From the NCBI GenBank assembly GCA_017654855.1, contig CM030336.1, forward strand, positions 372,001-436,000: a DNA stretch of 64,000 nucleotides, written 5' to 3'. The notes beneath the pieces were generated by a model, which was given only the letters and a program-made list of their open reading frames with translations, ran no database searches and had not been told where the DNA came from. Position numbers and translations under genes: made by a program. This document shows positions 35,048 through 47,849 of this stretch, piece by piece (positions within the stretch are counted from its first letter, which is position 1; every line of letters begins with the position of its first letter). Source of the stretch: Podospora anserina (taxonomy: Eukaryota).

Positions 35048-36520
35048 ATGCCGTCCTCAGTCCAAGATTACCAGCCCGCCATGACATCTGGCACCACAGC
35101 CGTCGCCAATTTGGGCCTGATCACCTCCCGCCCAACGGGCCGGCAGGGCTCCATCAGCGACCCGGAGTCGGCCATGTCCACCATCACCGACCAGTGCGCC
35201 CCACCAACCGCACCTCCTCCGCGAAGCCGCACCCCACCACCGCCGCCCCCACCCCGTCGCCGGACCTCTGTCACCGTGTCCATGGTTCACGGCGACAGCG
35301 TCGATGAGCTAGGCGCGGAACCCCGTCTTGCTGTTCTCCATCGCATCCCGACTTACCTCCAACCTCCATTGCCATGGCGCGAACGATTGCTGCACTTCAC
35401 CTTTGCGTGGTACACCGTCACCATGTCCACTTCTGGCATCGCCATGGTCATCGCCCTCACGCCCCATCGCTTCACAGGTCTCGGCACCATAGGGCTGATC
35501 ATCTTCCTCCTTGACCTCCTGGCGTTTTTGTTCATCACGGTGATGATCATCCTCCGGTTCGTCATGTACCAGCACACCTTTCGGCGGGCGTTTACTCGAC
35601 CTCACGAAGCGCTGTTTATATCCACCCTCTGGCTTTCCATCTGCGCCATGTTGCTCAACATTGACGAATACGGACGGATATTTTTGAATCCGGCGGCATA
35701 TTTACGACTTGCCCCGTTCATGAGAGTCGCTTTTTGGATCTACCTCGCTGTTACCTTTCTGTTTTCGGTTTTGCAGTATCATTTGCTGTTTACGGTCAAG
35801 GAAGAGAGACGGCTGTCGATTAATGCCATGACGCCGGCTTGGATCCTACCGATATTTCCGGTCATGTTGGCGGGCTCGTTGGCGGGCTCGTTGGCCAAGT
35901 CACAACCTGCTATTCAGGCTCTTGAGATGATATCTGCTGGGTTGGCGGCGCAGGGACTGGGAATATTGGTGTCGATGTTTTACTATTCGACCTATTTGTC
36001 AAGGCTGATGGCGTTTGGACTGCCGGTGCAGAGGCCGGGTATGTTTATTGCTGTTGGGCCACCGAGTTTTACTTGCTCTGCGCTGGTGGCCATGGCGGGT
36101 GAGGTACCGAGGATATTGGTGGGCTTGCCAGCGATGGAGGTGATTACATTTAGTGGTGGAAATCCAGGGGTAAATATCCAGACTCTCGGGGCTGGAATAC
36201 GGCTGTTGGCTATGACGACTGCGGTGTTCTTATGGGGGTTGAGCTTTTGGTTCTTTGCGAGTGCGACCACGGCGGTGGTGGCTGGGATGCCGGATAGGAA
36301 GTTTCATCTCAGTTGGTGGAGCTTTGTGTTTCCCAATGTTGGCTTCACGTTGGCGTGTATACGCATGGGGAGGGTGTTGGAAAGCGCGGGGATACTGTGG
36401 TTCAGTACGGTCATGACGGTTTTGTTGGTGGTGGCTTGGGGGTTTATTGGGTTTCGGTGTGCGGTGGCCGTGCACAAGAGGGAGATCGTTTGGCCAGGGC
36501 ATGATGAGGATTCTTTGTGA
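35048..36520 (+). CDS. SLAC1/TDT-family C4-dicarboxylate (malate) transporter, Mae1-like
   Basis: RERLLHFTFAWYTVTMSTSGIA, MTPAWILPIFPVML, RPGMFIAVGPPSFT and FHLSWWSFVFPNVGFT, with about 10 hydrophobic helices. Confidence 0.88.
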   Translation: MPSSVQDYQPAMTSGTTAVANLGLITSRPTGRQGSISDPESAMSTITDQCAPPTAPPPRSRTPPPPPPPRRRTSVTVSMVHGDSVDELGAEPRLAVLHRIPTYLQPPLPWRERLLHFTFAWYTVTMSTSGIAMVIALTPHRFTGLGTIGLIIFLLDLLAFLFITVMIILRFVMYQHTFRRAFTRPHEALFISTLWLSICAMLLNIDEYGRIFLNPAAYLRLAPFMRVAFWIYLAVTFLFSVLQYHLLFTVKEERRLSINAMTPAWILPIFPVMLAGSLAGSLAKSQPAIQALEMISAGLAAQGLGILVSMFYYSTYLSRLMAFGLPVQRPGMFIAVGPPSFTCSALVAMAGEVPRILVGLPAMEVITFSGGNPGVNIQTLGAGIRLLAMTTAVFLWGLSFWFFASATTAVVAGMPDRKFHLSWWSFVFPNVGFTLACIRMGRVLESAGILWFSTVMTVLLVVAWGFIGFRCAVAVHKREIVWPGHDEDSL

Positions 36521-36947
36521 TGCCATGAATGCCGGGTATATTTGTCCCAAATATGAATAATGTTTACACGTACAGAATACCACGAATTAAATGGCTCTCA
36601 ATTAGCTCTCGATGCTAATGTTCAGTTCCAAGCCGGGGAGTCGGAGAGCGTTTGTCTTGACACCGGTTCTCCACGGTCTGCCATCTATGTCGCTTCACAT
36701 GCTCTTTGAAGAGCTGTCAGGAGGGGATCTGCGGGGGATGGGAATTTATTTGCAAGGGCAAGTGGCAAACCCCGCTTCGAATGTGAACGCGGAGGCGCCA
36801 AGACTGGGGAAGTTGCCGAGGTCTTTGTCCCAATCGAGAGGTCTTCAATCCTCAAAACACTCGGCGCCTCAACAGGTTTAGAAGAGACCTACGAACTCGA
36901 GATCTTCCCACACACAGCAGGGCAATCCGGACGAGAGCATCATCAAC

Positions 36948-37727
36948 ATGGCGTCTATTTCTCTCGGTGCGTTCCAGCTCTATTGGGCTTCCATTGTCCG
37001 AACATACAGCCCTGATCAGATCGAGTTCTTTGGCAGTCTTGCTGTTCAGCTGCTCTTCTTCTGGGTCCCTGCCATCGCCTATACCGCTCTCGACTACATC
37101 CTGCCCAGTTTCTCAGCTAGGCACAAACTGCAACCGGCACCAAAACAACCGACATGGAAAGAAATAAAACATTGCGCCTATATCGTCGGCCGGAACCAAC
37201 TCATGAACACAGTATTTGCTCTCTTGATGCTGGCTAGATCCCACTACACCGGGAATCCCTCGAGCTTCCAAATCACAGAGACTCCTCCAACTCTCAATAT
37301 CTTCCTCCGGGACTTTCTCATCAGTTGGATCGTGAGGGAGATCTCCTTCTATTACGTCCATCGACTGTTCCACACACCCCGATTCTACAAGATGATTCAC
37401 AAGGTCCACCACGAATTCATCGCACCTGTTGCTCTGGCAGCGCAGTATGCCCATCCGGTCGAGCAAGTGGTGGCAAACACGCTGCCCGTCGTCATGGCCC
37501 CTATCTTGTTGAGGACTCACATCTTGACATTCTGGGCATTTTTGAGCTGGCAGCTCATCGAGACGAGCACTGTGCACAGTGGCTACGACTTCTTTGGTGC
37601 CATCGCGAAGGGTCATGATGTCCACCACGAGAAGTTTGTTGTCAACTATGGAGCGTACGGGTGGATGGACTGGCTGCATGGTACGGGCCCGAAGCAGAGG
37701 GCCATGTCGAAGAACAAGAGGAATTGA
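36948..37727 (+). CDS. Fatty-acid hydroxylase / sterol desaturase family protein
   Basis: His boxes FYYVHRLFH, IHKVHHEF, YAHPVE, VHSGYDF and HDVHH, plus NYG..GWMDWLHGT. Confidence 0.88.
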   Translation: MASISLGAFQLYWASIVRTYSPDQIEFFGSLAVQLLFFWVPAIAYTALDYILPSFSARHKLQPAPKQPTWKEIKHCAYIVGRNQLMNTVFALLMLARSHYTGNPSSFQITETPPTLNIFLRDFLISWIVREISFYYVHRLFHTPRFYKMIHKVHHEFIAPVALAAQYAHPVEQVVANTLPVVMAPILLRTHILTFWAFLSWQLIETSTVHSGYDFFGAIAKGHDVHHEKFVVNYGAYGWMDWLHGTGPKQRAMSKNKRN

Positions 37728-38272
37728 GATGGTGGCGGATCAACGGGAGCTGAAGCCTTTTGTGTTCTCCAACAATGACTTGGATCGTTGATGTCATTCG
37801 GATGAACAGACAAAAATGAACATTTATTTTGAGATTGATCGGAGTTACATACGTCTGTGACCTCGGGGTAGGATGCACCGTCCGCCAAGCCCGCTACAAG
37901 ACTGGCGATATCCAACAACCTGGTTTCCCTCAGCCCGCGATCACACCATCAGGACACGCCTCAAGGTGGCATTCCTCCGTGCTCGCCTAACTAGCCCTCT
38001 ATAGGACGCAGTTTTATCCGCGAATTGTCTAGACAAGACGCAACGGGGAGCGGTGGATCATGTCACTCCGGGGGTTGACAGCGACCCTTGCAACCTGGGA
38101 CGGAGGTTCCCCTTCCGACATTACAACATCTTGTGTACATGCCTCAGGTGCAACGGCCCGGTGGCCGCTATAATAAGACATCGTGATACCCATCGCTTTT
38201 AAATGTTTTGGTTCCTGTTCTTCATCCATCCTTTGACGCCTGGGAGTTGATCAGAACTCCAGCAAAGACACG

Positions 38273-39738
38273 ATGGTCAAGCTCCTCGACATCGGGCTCT
38301 TCGCCCTGGCCCTGGCCAGCAGCGCTGTTGCGAAGCCTTGCAAGCCTCGTGATGGCCCCGTGACCTACGAGGCCGAAGATGCCATCCTCACCGGCACCAC
38401 CGTCGACACTGCTCAGGTAGGCTATACCGGCCGTGGCTACGTCACCGGCTTCGACGAGGGCTCCGACAAGATCACCTTCCAGATCAGCTCCGCCACCACC
38501 AAGCTCTACGACCTCTCCATCCGGTACGCCGCCATCTACGGTGACAAGCGAACCAACGTCGTCCTCAACAACGGTGCCGTCAGCGAGGTCTTCTTCCCCG
38601 CCGGTGACTCTTTTACTTCTGTCGCCGCCGGCCAGGTCCTCCTCAACGCTGGACAAAACACCATCGACATCGTCAACAACTGGGGATGGTACCTCATCGA
38701 CTCCATCACCCTCACCCCCTCCGCCCCTCGCCCCCCCCACGACATCAACCCCAACCTCAACAACCCCAACGCCGACACCAACGCCAAGAAGCTCTACTCC
38801 TACCTCCGCTCTGTCTACGGCAACAAGATCATCTCTGGCCAGCAGGAGCTCCACCACGCCGAGTGGATCAGACAGCAAACCGGCAAGACTCCCGCGCTGG
38901 TGGCTGTCGATCTGATGGATTACTCCCCCTCCCGCGTCGAGCGTGGCACCACCAGCCATGCCGTCGAGGACGCCATCGCCCACCACAACGCAGGCGGTAT
39001 CGTTTCTGTCCTCTGGCACTGGAACGCTCCCGTCGGTCTGTATGACACCGAAGAGAACAAGTGGTGGTCCGGCTTCTACACTCGGGCTACCGACTTTGAC
39101 ATTGCCGCCACGTTGGCCAACCCCCAGGGTGCGAACTACACTCTTCTCATCAGGGACATTGACGCGATTGCTGTCCAGCTCAAGAGGCTGGAGGCTGCTG
39201 GTGTTCCGGTCTTGTGGAGACCTCTTCACGAGGCGGAGGGTGGTTGGTTCTGGTGGGGAGCCAAGGGGCCAGAGCCGGCGAAGCAGCTTTGGGATATCTT
39301 GTATGAGCGTCTGACGGTGCACCATGGTTTGGATAATTTGATTTGGGTGTGGAATTCGATTTTGGAGGATTGGTATCCGGGTGATGATACGGTTGATATC
39401 TTGTCGGCCGATGTGTATGCGCAGGGTAATGGGGTAAGTTTTTGTCTCCGAACTGAAGATGGTGTGGGATGATGCTGACATTTTGATAGCCCATGTCGAC
39501 TCAGTACAATGAGTTGATCGCCCTCGGCAGGGACAAGAAGATGATTGCTGCTGCAGAGGTTGGCGCTGCCCCTTTGCCCGGCTTGTTGCAGGCTTACCAG
39601 GCCAACTGGCTGTGGTTTGCTGTCTGGGGTGATGACTTTATCAACAACCCCAGCTGGAACACGGTTGCTGTTCTCAACGAGATCTACAACAGCGACTATG
39701 TGTTGACGCTGGATGAGATTCAGGGGTGGAGGAGTTAG
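38273..39738 (+). CDS. man26A: Endo-beta-1,4-mannanase, GH26 with N-terminal CBM35 (Man26A), 2 exons
   Basis: Signal peptide, CBM35 (YEAEDA), GH26 motifs WRPLHEAEGGWFWWG and WYPGDDTVDI, and the nucleophile in AAEVG. Intron 39434-39489. The sequence matches my recollection of Podospora anserina Man26A. Confidence 0.93.
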
Positions 39739-40027
39739 TAACTTGAATAAAGACATCCGAGCTGCCAATCAGCTATGTACATACTGGTCTGTTCAATACA
39801 AGAATAAGCATCGCCACTTTAGGGATAGACAGTTGTCTGTTGGATGTTAGTGCATGTCATTCAGCCGCGCCCAGAACACCTTTATGCAGGTCTATCACTT
39901 GGGCGCTGCCAACTGCTGATAGGTGTTACACACTCATGAGCGTACCATTTCTCACCACACACCCCCGCATTTCGTCTTCAACCTCAACAACGCTCTCCTC
40001 GTCAGCACACGCTGACAAAACCACAAT

Positions 40028-41867
40028 ATGGAGACTCTCAAGCCCTTCCTCGCCCCCCCTCTCAACCTCCCCACAACAACCCTCGTCCCCCTCGCTCTTC
40101 TCTTCCTGCTCACCACATTCATCATCATCCCCACTCTCATCCAATACCACCGCCTCTCTCACATCCCCGGCCCCCTCCTCAACTCCCTCACGTCTTTGGT
40201 GTACGCCCGGCGCACCCTCAAACCCGGTTCGGCTCAATACGTCTATGACCTCTGCAGGCAATACGGGCCCCTGGTGCGCGTAACCCCCAACATTGTGGTG
40301 TTCTCCGACGCGGCCACATTCCGCTATGTGTGCTCCCACAAGGCAAAATACACAAAAGGGCTCTGGTTCGAGTTCTCCCGTTGGGATCTCAAAAGGTGGT
40401 CGTGCATAGCCATGCGAGACAATGAATCAAGAAAAGAGAGAAAAAACAAGCTCATTCCTGCTGTAAGCGCCCCATCCCCTCCTAACAAACAAGATAAGAG
40501 GGGGGAAGGGTAACAAAAGCAATCAGTGGTCCGGTGCTGGGTTAGCAGCGATGGAAAAGAGAGTCGATCAACAAGTCGGGGCTTTTATCGACTTGGTTGA
40601 GCGGAAGTATGTCTCGGGTGGTTCCGACACAAAACCAATGGAGTTTGGACACCGGGCGCAGTTTTTTACTCTGGATGTTGCCACGTCGGTGACGTTTGGA
40701 CGGCCGTTTGGGTTTTTGGATAGGGACGGGGATGTGAACCGGTATTTGGAGATTACGGAGGTTATGCTGCCGATGTTTGGGGTTTTGGGGGCGCTGCCGC
40801 AGTTGGTGTATGCGATGCATGCTTGGCCTTTGAGGAAGATGATGCCGGGGGCGGGGGATAAGGTGGGTTTTGGGGTTTTGATGAGGTGAGTTCCTCTGTC
40901 TAAGAAGGGGGAAAATGGGATGGTTGCTGATAAGGGGTTAGGTTTGCGGAGGAGGAGGTGAGGAAGCGGGTTGAGGGCGGTGCGGAGGAAAAGGGAGAGA
41001 GGGATTTGATAAGGAGTTATTTGGACAATGGGATTGAGGCGGAGGATGTGGTGCAGGAGTGTATCACGCTTGTGTGAGTGAGTCCCTTGATGTGAGCAGT
41101 ACCGAGCTGATGAAGATAGTGTTGCTGGGTCTGAGACGACGTCCGTTGTTCTCCGCATGACGCTTCTTGCCCTGCTGACCACACCTGAAGCCTACCGTAA
41201 ACTCCAGGCCGAGATCGACGCCTTCTTCAAAGAATATGACTCTGAAGAAGTCATCAGCTACACCGACACCAAGGAGCTCAAGTATCTATGGGCAGTCATC
41301 CACGAGACGATGCGCATCTGGCCCAATGGTGCTGGGCTGAGCTTCAGCAAACAAGTGCCTGATACGGGGGATACCATTCACGGCTATTATCTTCCCAAGG
41401 GGTATGTATGCTTTTCTTGACTGTCATGAAGCCTTTTATCCTAACGACTTCACCACAGAACCGAGATCGCACAATGCATGTTAGGGATCACCAGAGACCA
41501 AGCCTTATTCAGCCCAGATGTTGACATCTGGCGGCCTGAGCGTTGGCTAGAGGCAACTCCAGAACAACACGACGAGATGTGGGCAGCCGTGGAACTAGGC
41601 TTCAGCACAGGAAAGTATATCTGTCTGGGGAAACAGGTTGGGTTGATGGAACTTGGAAAGTGGTTCACCGAGGTATGTCTCTCTGACCAGGGTGACTGTC
41701 AGTGGTCAGGATGATCCAGGGCTGCATTGCTAATAGTTAGACAGATCTTCCGACGCTACGATATTGCCCCTGTCAACAAAGCCTCACCGCTCAAGTTGGT
41801 GGACGGGGTTACTTGGTTGTCATCAGACTTTTGGATTAGACTCACGAGAAGAAATAAGCAAGTGTAA
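40028..41867 (+). CDS. Cytochrome P450, multi-exon (pisatin-demethylase-like clan)
   Basis: N-terminal TM anchor with IPGP, YGPLVRVTPN, I-helix VAGSETT, ETMR, WRPERWL and heme motif FSTGKYICLG. Several short GT-AG introns; stop at 41865-41867. Confidence 0.87.
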
Positions 41868-42182
41868 TGCCGGATTTCCACATAGCGCTTCATCGTGCCC
41901 AACCCGAAATATGACCTTCTATTATTTCACACTTCTTAATCGGGGAGTTAAGGTAAGTAGCAGGCAATACCTAGCGTCTGACCTCTCGTGTAAGCCTCCT
42001 CCGATCACTCCACGTCTTCAATGTTCACTTCGGCCGTCTCAGCATGTTCCATCTCCACTTCCTCGACGACGTGTTGAGGGTTGTAGTGATCGTTATGCCA
42101 GAATTTCCTCTCTAATGGTAGTGTCAGCACTTCAACTGGGATAACAGAAATGAGTTCTTGTAGCTCTACCTACCTTCATCCG

Positions 42183-42653
42183 TTATTCTAGGGCTAAGCA
42201 TCCACTCTCTACCCCGCTTAATGAGAGAGAGAGAGCTACATCCCTAGTAGGGTACCCCTTCGGTGAACAGAACATTGATGCCAGGACACTTGCGTGGGAG
42301 GTAGTGCCCACATGTGTGCTTTTGTCGATGTCAAGATAAGTTCCAAGCGAATTTTCAAAGTCGCGGCGCCACTGGCGCCGTTTCCGAACGAGCTTTCTCA
42401 AACTGGTTTCCAGAGAGCCTAATCTGGGGTGGCCTGACCACTTCTGCTCTTCGGATGAATCGGGACTCTCCTCAGTCTTTGAATTGTGGGAGCTGAAAAG
42501 CCGGATTTCATGGATGACATTGCTTAGAAGTCCAGGGTGTTCGATATGATCTTTGGCTCTGGCAATTGCCAGCTCCTCCACGGTGTAGTTGCTCATACAT
42601 AATCGGTGCGGTGGCTCAAACAAATCTATGCTGGGCTTAAACCACATGCACAT
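42183..42653 (-). CDS. Hypothetical protein or gene fragment
   Basis: A 156-aa ORF with protein-like composition and no recognisable motif. Confidence 0.25.
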   Translation of the reverse strand: MCMWFKPSIDLFEPPHRLCMSNYTVEELAIARAKDHIEHPGLLSNVIHEIRLFSSHNSKTEESPDSSEEQKWSGHPRLGSLETSLRKLVRKRRQWRRDFENSLGTYLDIDKSTHVGTTSHASVLASMFCSPKGYPTRDVALSLSLSGVESGCLALE

Positions 42654-43342
42654 GGCTAGGTACGTGCTTTTGGAGGCTTAGGTAAGTATGTGTTGAAGGG
42701 AAAGGGAAACCGGGGACAGCAAAGTGGGAGATGTTGGATCCGCGTCTGATTCGTCAACGTGGAATGTTGGATTTGACTCTCTAAGGCTGTGAGAGAGATG
42801 AAATATTGATGGGTATAGCTGCTGGAAATTGGGACCGAGCTGCCTAAATATAGTAGGTACATGGAGCTGTAAGAGGCGGAGCAGCGAGCAGAGGCAACAA
42901 AGCGAGCTACCCAAAGGAGGGCAAAGAACCAAAGGAAACGGCCTGCAGTCAAGGCAAAAGCCAACAAAACCTTCAAGTCAAGTTCTTGCTTCTTTGCCAG
43001 CGGGCTTAAGTGGGTTTCACTGGAAATCGAAATGCTTGCTGTGTAATAGATAGGGCCAGCTATGCTCACTCTTGACTGTACACGCAAATGGCCAAACACG
43101 AATAAAATCACAAGATACCTTAGGTACCTAGGTACAATGCCAATTTAGCAAGCTTGTTCGGATCCAACAGAGTGTTAGTTAGCAATGCCCGTTATGATAA
43201 GTACCCAGACCATCATTTCCAGGGAAATCCAACGCAGATTTCGGAAGTCATACTGCCAAAAACTAAGAGAGATTTGTCTCCCTATCTTCTACACTCACAT
43301 CCCTCAATCTTCCAACAAACCTAAAGCATATAAGCGTTTGGC

Positions 43343-43719
43343 GAACCCCTATCCATAACCTCTGAAAGGGATACTTGTCACAGACCAACCATATAGCAAG
43401 GCAGAGTGGAGACTGCAGCAGGCCGTGGTAGCCAATCAAGTGAAAGGTAACGGCGGGGCTGCAGGACAGTGGGGCGCTCACCTCTTGGCAGAGGTGAGCC
43501 AGGTACGGAGGTACCTGGAGGATTAAGGTCTATATATACGGAGGAACTGGCTGGTGTAGATAGACAGTTCCGCAGTATGCAATATAAGTCACAATCGTGG
43601 TTCTTAGCTATTGTGATTGAGACAAGCCATTTGTTGTACACTGTTTAGCTGTACCTAACCAGGATTGTTCAGAAGTGCCTTCAACCAGTATCCCTTTCAG
43701 AGGTTCTGGATAGGGGTTC
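43343..43719. mobile_element. MITE-like element bounded by 33-bp inverted repeats
   Basis: 43343-43375 (GAACCCCTATCCATAACCTCTGAAAGGGATACT) matches the reverse complement of 43687-43719 at 32 of 33 positions. No target-site duplication is seen. Confidence 0.6.
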
Positions 43720-43729
43720 ATCACAGCTA

Positions 43730-45040
43730 CACGTAAATAACTTTTAAAATAAATATCGATTTAGTCTTGATTCACGTACTCTACGAGAAACTTAGCAAGG
43801 ATCGTAAATATAGTTTAAATAGTATTATAATTCTCATGGCACTGGCACAGCTGCCATGCCTTATTTTATTAACTGCTCTTACGGCCCTACTTGCCTAGTT
43901 AGTTAGTGCTCGCGCTCCACTATACAGCCTGCACCTTGAAATCCTTGCAGGACTGACTGAGCAAGGCTTTCCTTTCCTTTTTACTTTCTTAGCTAGAATC
44001 CTGTCAAATTGAGTGGTCATATTGTAGCCTTGCCTCCTTGAAGCTTCGCTCGTGACAATAATTATCTCCGTTAAAGTAAACAGAGCGAATTTAACTCGTA
44101 ATTTCGAACTGCTTTCGGGACGAAATTATCGATTCTAAATACCAGTCCGTAGACTTCTTCTAAGTACTCAAGTAAAGTACGGGTATTAAGTTTGGTTTAT
44201 ATATAAGCGGCTTAAATAGCAGTATGTTATTCTCGGTACTCCGCATAAACCGTTAGTTTTTTATTATGTCTTCGGATGTTGTGACCTTCCGTCAGGATGG
44301 CTCGACAAGAGATTCCCAGGGAAGCTCCTCTCGTAGAAAGGAGATTCCCAGAGAAGCTCCTTTCGTAGGTGGGAGGCTCCGGAGGAGGCTCCCGGTGGCA
44401 GACTTGGTGAGGCCCTGGACACTTCCCAGAGGAATGTCCCGTCGAGGGGTACGGAGGAGCCCAGGGACAGTCCCCAGAGGAATATCCTGTCGCGAAGGCC
44501 TTGCCGAGTCTCCGGCTTGTGGCTTCCGGAGGTGGAAGCCGGGGCGAGGACTATAACGGAGAGTCCTCATGAAAAAGAAAGAGAAAGAGGAAAGGGGCGA
44601 GCACCCAACACAAAGGATATGAACTGTGTGATATGGTGAATGAATGCTGGGGAGCTTCTCGAGAAAGCTCCCGGTAGAGGTTTTATAGATAGCCACGGAG
44701 GGTCCTTGACCCGCATGTGCTCCTCCATGTGAAGCTCGCAGGCTCATAACATCGGATCTATAAAAGCTTTTTGTAATAACGAGAACTATTAATATCGACG
44801 GCGGTCAGCTTTTTAGGAAGTATTTAGTGCGTTTCGGGGTTAATATATAGGTCCTAATATCTTTACGCGATCAACCTATAGCGCGTTTAAACGCGTCCTA
44901 ATCTTCCGAACGTTTAAGCCTAACAGTCGAACAGGTAGTTATTATAGCGGGTATCTTATTAATCGTCGAATTCAAGGTCGGCGTAGTTGTAAAATAGCTT
45001 TAAAATTATATCTTGTACGATACTCTAACTGCAAACTGTT
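43730..45040. mobile_element. AT-rich, RIP-like degenerate repeat relic, interrupted by a solo LTR
   Basis: Abrupt AT enrichment with many TpA and few CpA/TpG dinucleotides by eye, stops in all frames and no ORFs, on both sides of 44277-44751. Boundaries are approximate. Confidence 0.65.
44277..44751 (-). mobile_element. Solo LTR of an LTR retrotransposon (475 bp)
   Basis: Termini TGTTGTGA...TCATAACA (TG...CA with short inverted repeats) and a perfect 5-bp target-site duplication TCGGA at 44272-44276 and 44752-44756. It has internal tandem direct repeats and a TATA-like CTATAAAA on the minus strand. Confidence 0.9.
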
Positions 45041-46101
45041 AAGGGGCCTAAAAAGGTGTCAATTCTGGTGTTGTGAGAGCGTGAGTTGCCTGGGTGGCTG
45101 GGAAACGCCGAATCCAGTGGCTCAGGTCCTTTTTGATGCACGTGTGATTGGAACAGTGATTCAACCCAAATTCTAACCACCACGACTTTCATGTTTTTCT
45201 GAGCCCATACGCATGACTTGTTTCAACTATCAATGAGCTCGATCGTGATTTCATGGATGGACAGGTTGTGTTGGATTGACCGAGGGAATCTGCAGATGGT
45301 CAGACGTCAGTGACAAACCTGGACGACGCAAGGCACTCACAATCATCCTGCCATTTGCTATCAGGGATTCCGAGGAGTGCCAAACTGGCAGTTCTCTTCT
45401 CTAGGAAGGATGTGGCCAGAGATTGCTCCGCAGGCGGTAGGGTTTGCTTGCTGTCTTTGCTGCTGCTCGCCATCTTGAGGATCGGGTTGGGGGTAGATGC
45501 TACAAACCTTCACTACAAGATAGCCCATTCTTTACCTTTGTAGACATCGCTGATATAGGAGAGTCTTGTTACACAGGATCGGAGTTTATTTCTACATTCG
45601 GAGATGTCAGCGACACGGGGAGCCGGAGCTGTCTCTCCGCCAGTACCAGGGACCACGATAATGTCTGTACGCGTTGAAGTGCACTTCCGGGCCCGGGGAA
45701 CCAGCTTCGTCACGTTGTCTATCACCACAGACGTTGTGAACCAAGAGCATGCCAGCAAGCCTCATCTTTAGGGTGGTTCCCTGGCGATGGCTGACCAAGT
45801 TGTCAACGCCAAGGCATTGCCGCTGTTCCTCTAGGGCGTGGGAGATGTTATGACCTCAACAACATGGCATGGCGTTACTATTACAGTCTTCGGTGAGGAT
45901 AAACATGCCGAATCCCTGTGAATTGTTGAAGACCAATGAGTCGACCCCCACCAACTGTGATCATGATGAAGAAATCTCGTCATAAATTGTTTGAAGATCT
46001 GCAGCGTCCTGTGAATTTTCACCGACTCACAAGTCTCGTACAAGATACGGATTGGCTACCGACTGACAGCCTAGTTTGGCAGGTACCTATCTTGCCAGAA
46101 C

Positions 46102-47849
46102 CTAATACACATAGATGAAGTCTTCGTTCTTGACGTCGGTCATGTCCCGTAAAGCATTGTCCTCTTCCAGCGCCTTTGGCTTTACGCCAGCACCTGCCTC
46201 CTCAAGCTCTGCCGCCTTGCCGCTTTCCACTTGACCTTTTCCAAACATGGACTCGTCAACAAGCACGGCATTCTTGCCCAACTCTTCCCGACGCTTGGCG
46301 TGCCGGCGGTTCAGGTACATGAGGTAGAATGGGATGAGTCTGCCAAGGTCTTGTCAGCCACTGCGTTACGCATGTCAGGTATCCTTGTCACTTACATCGC
46401 TAGCGCCGCTACCAACACCAACATGACGAGGTTAGATATCAAGCCCGGTCGATACAAAGGGGCATGATCGACAGAGTACAGCAGTGGGCCGATAATGTTA
46501 CCAGTACACATCCCGATGAAGACCATGCCAGACGTGCACTTCTTCTTGGTGTCACCTCCAGTGTTCTGCGCCTGCCACGCGTAAATCAACGGTGTGATGG
46601 CAGCCATGCATGACACCAAGTAGTACCCAAACAACAACACCCCTTTCTGTTCGCGAGGGACAGTCAACATGATAATCGTGCCCACAATGGGCAACACGCA
46701 GACCCCCGCAATGGTCAGTCCCTTGTGCTTGAACCTCGTGGCGACCCATCCCGAGGCAATGATGACAATGAACTGGATAGCCCCAAACGGGATGTTAAAC
46801 AAGATGGCCTCGAACTTGGTGTATCCAAACGATTTGACGATGAGACTGCCAAAAGTTCCAATACCACCGCTCACAATCCTGCCATGTCCTGTCAGCAATC
46901 CTCTCCCCATGACACCTCAGAACAAAACTTACGAAATCGCAACAATAATAACAAACCAACACCAAGTCTTCAAATCCAGCAAACTCTCCCACACATGCTC
47001 CCACCTCCACTTCCCGCTCGACACCCCCATCTGGTTCGCCCTCAACCTCTCCACCGCAATCACCTTTTCCCTCTCGGTCAAATACTTGGCCTCCATCGGC
47101 GAATCCGGCATAAAAGCCAGCACCACCCCCGCATACACCACCGTCAATAACCCACAAAACAGAAAGATAATCTGGTACTTGAACATCACCCCACTCTCAA
47201 TATGTCCCAGCCCATAGGTAAATAGGCTCCCGACTATCGCGGTGATCCCGTTCATCGCATTCCAGTAACTCGTCCGCAGCGTCTGCTCCCCCCTCCTCCA
47301 CCACATCTGCGTGACGGCGATGCAGCTCGGTGCGATCATGGCCTCGAAGCTGCCCAGCATGAAGCGGAGTCCGAGCAAAGACTGGAAACTGGTACAAGCA
47401 GCCATGATGGCCTGTGATGAACCCCACAGGAAGATAGCAGAGGCGATGACTTTCCCGTTCGGGAACTTGACCAAGATGAAAGCGGCGAGGGGCTGCATCA
47501 CCAGCTGGGCGATGTAAAGGATTGAGCCGAGCCATGAGTACTGCTGCCCGACGAGCTTGGCGTCTTCGGTGATGCCAAAGATGGAGACGTAGGACAGGGA
47601 GGATTTGTCGAGCTGTTGGAAGAAGTAGGCGCCAAGGAGGAGGGGGAGGATGCGCGTGTCGATGCGGCGGAGGACTTGGCGCTCTTCGTCGCAGGTGAAG
47701 GTCGTGTCGGTTTGGGCGTGGGCTTGGAGGAAGGTGGTGGCTTTGTCGGTGGGGGTGTCTGTGATGGGGGCAGGGCTGATTTCGTCCGTTGCGAGTGCTG
47801 CTGCTGCTGCTGGCCCATGGGCTGGCTGAGATTTATCTGGGGTGGTCAT
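46102..47849 (-). CDS. MFS transporter, allantoate permease (Dal5/ACS) family, 3 exons
   Basis: LRRIDTRILPLL...QQLDKSSLSY, QYSWLGSILY, LRFMLGSFEA, MWWRRGEQ, MPDSPMEAKYL, NTGGDTKK, GNIIGP and C-terminal DMTDVKNEDFIYVY. Confidence 0.9.

Noticed and set aside
38222..39481. 419-aa minus-strand ORF
   Set aside because: It is the antisense shadow of man26A.
30350..41867. THR1-PAL-transporter-hydroxylase-P450 as a secondary-metabolite cluster
   Set aside because: No PKS, NRPS, terpene synthase or pathway transcription factor is present in the window, an unrelated mannanase interrupts the run, and THR1 belongs to the DHN-melanin pathway.
44266..44747. ORFs 44266-44556 (+) and 44292-44747 (-)
   Set aside because: They fall in or across the solo LTR and reflect its GC-rich repeats; there are no gag or pol motifs.
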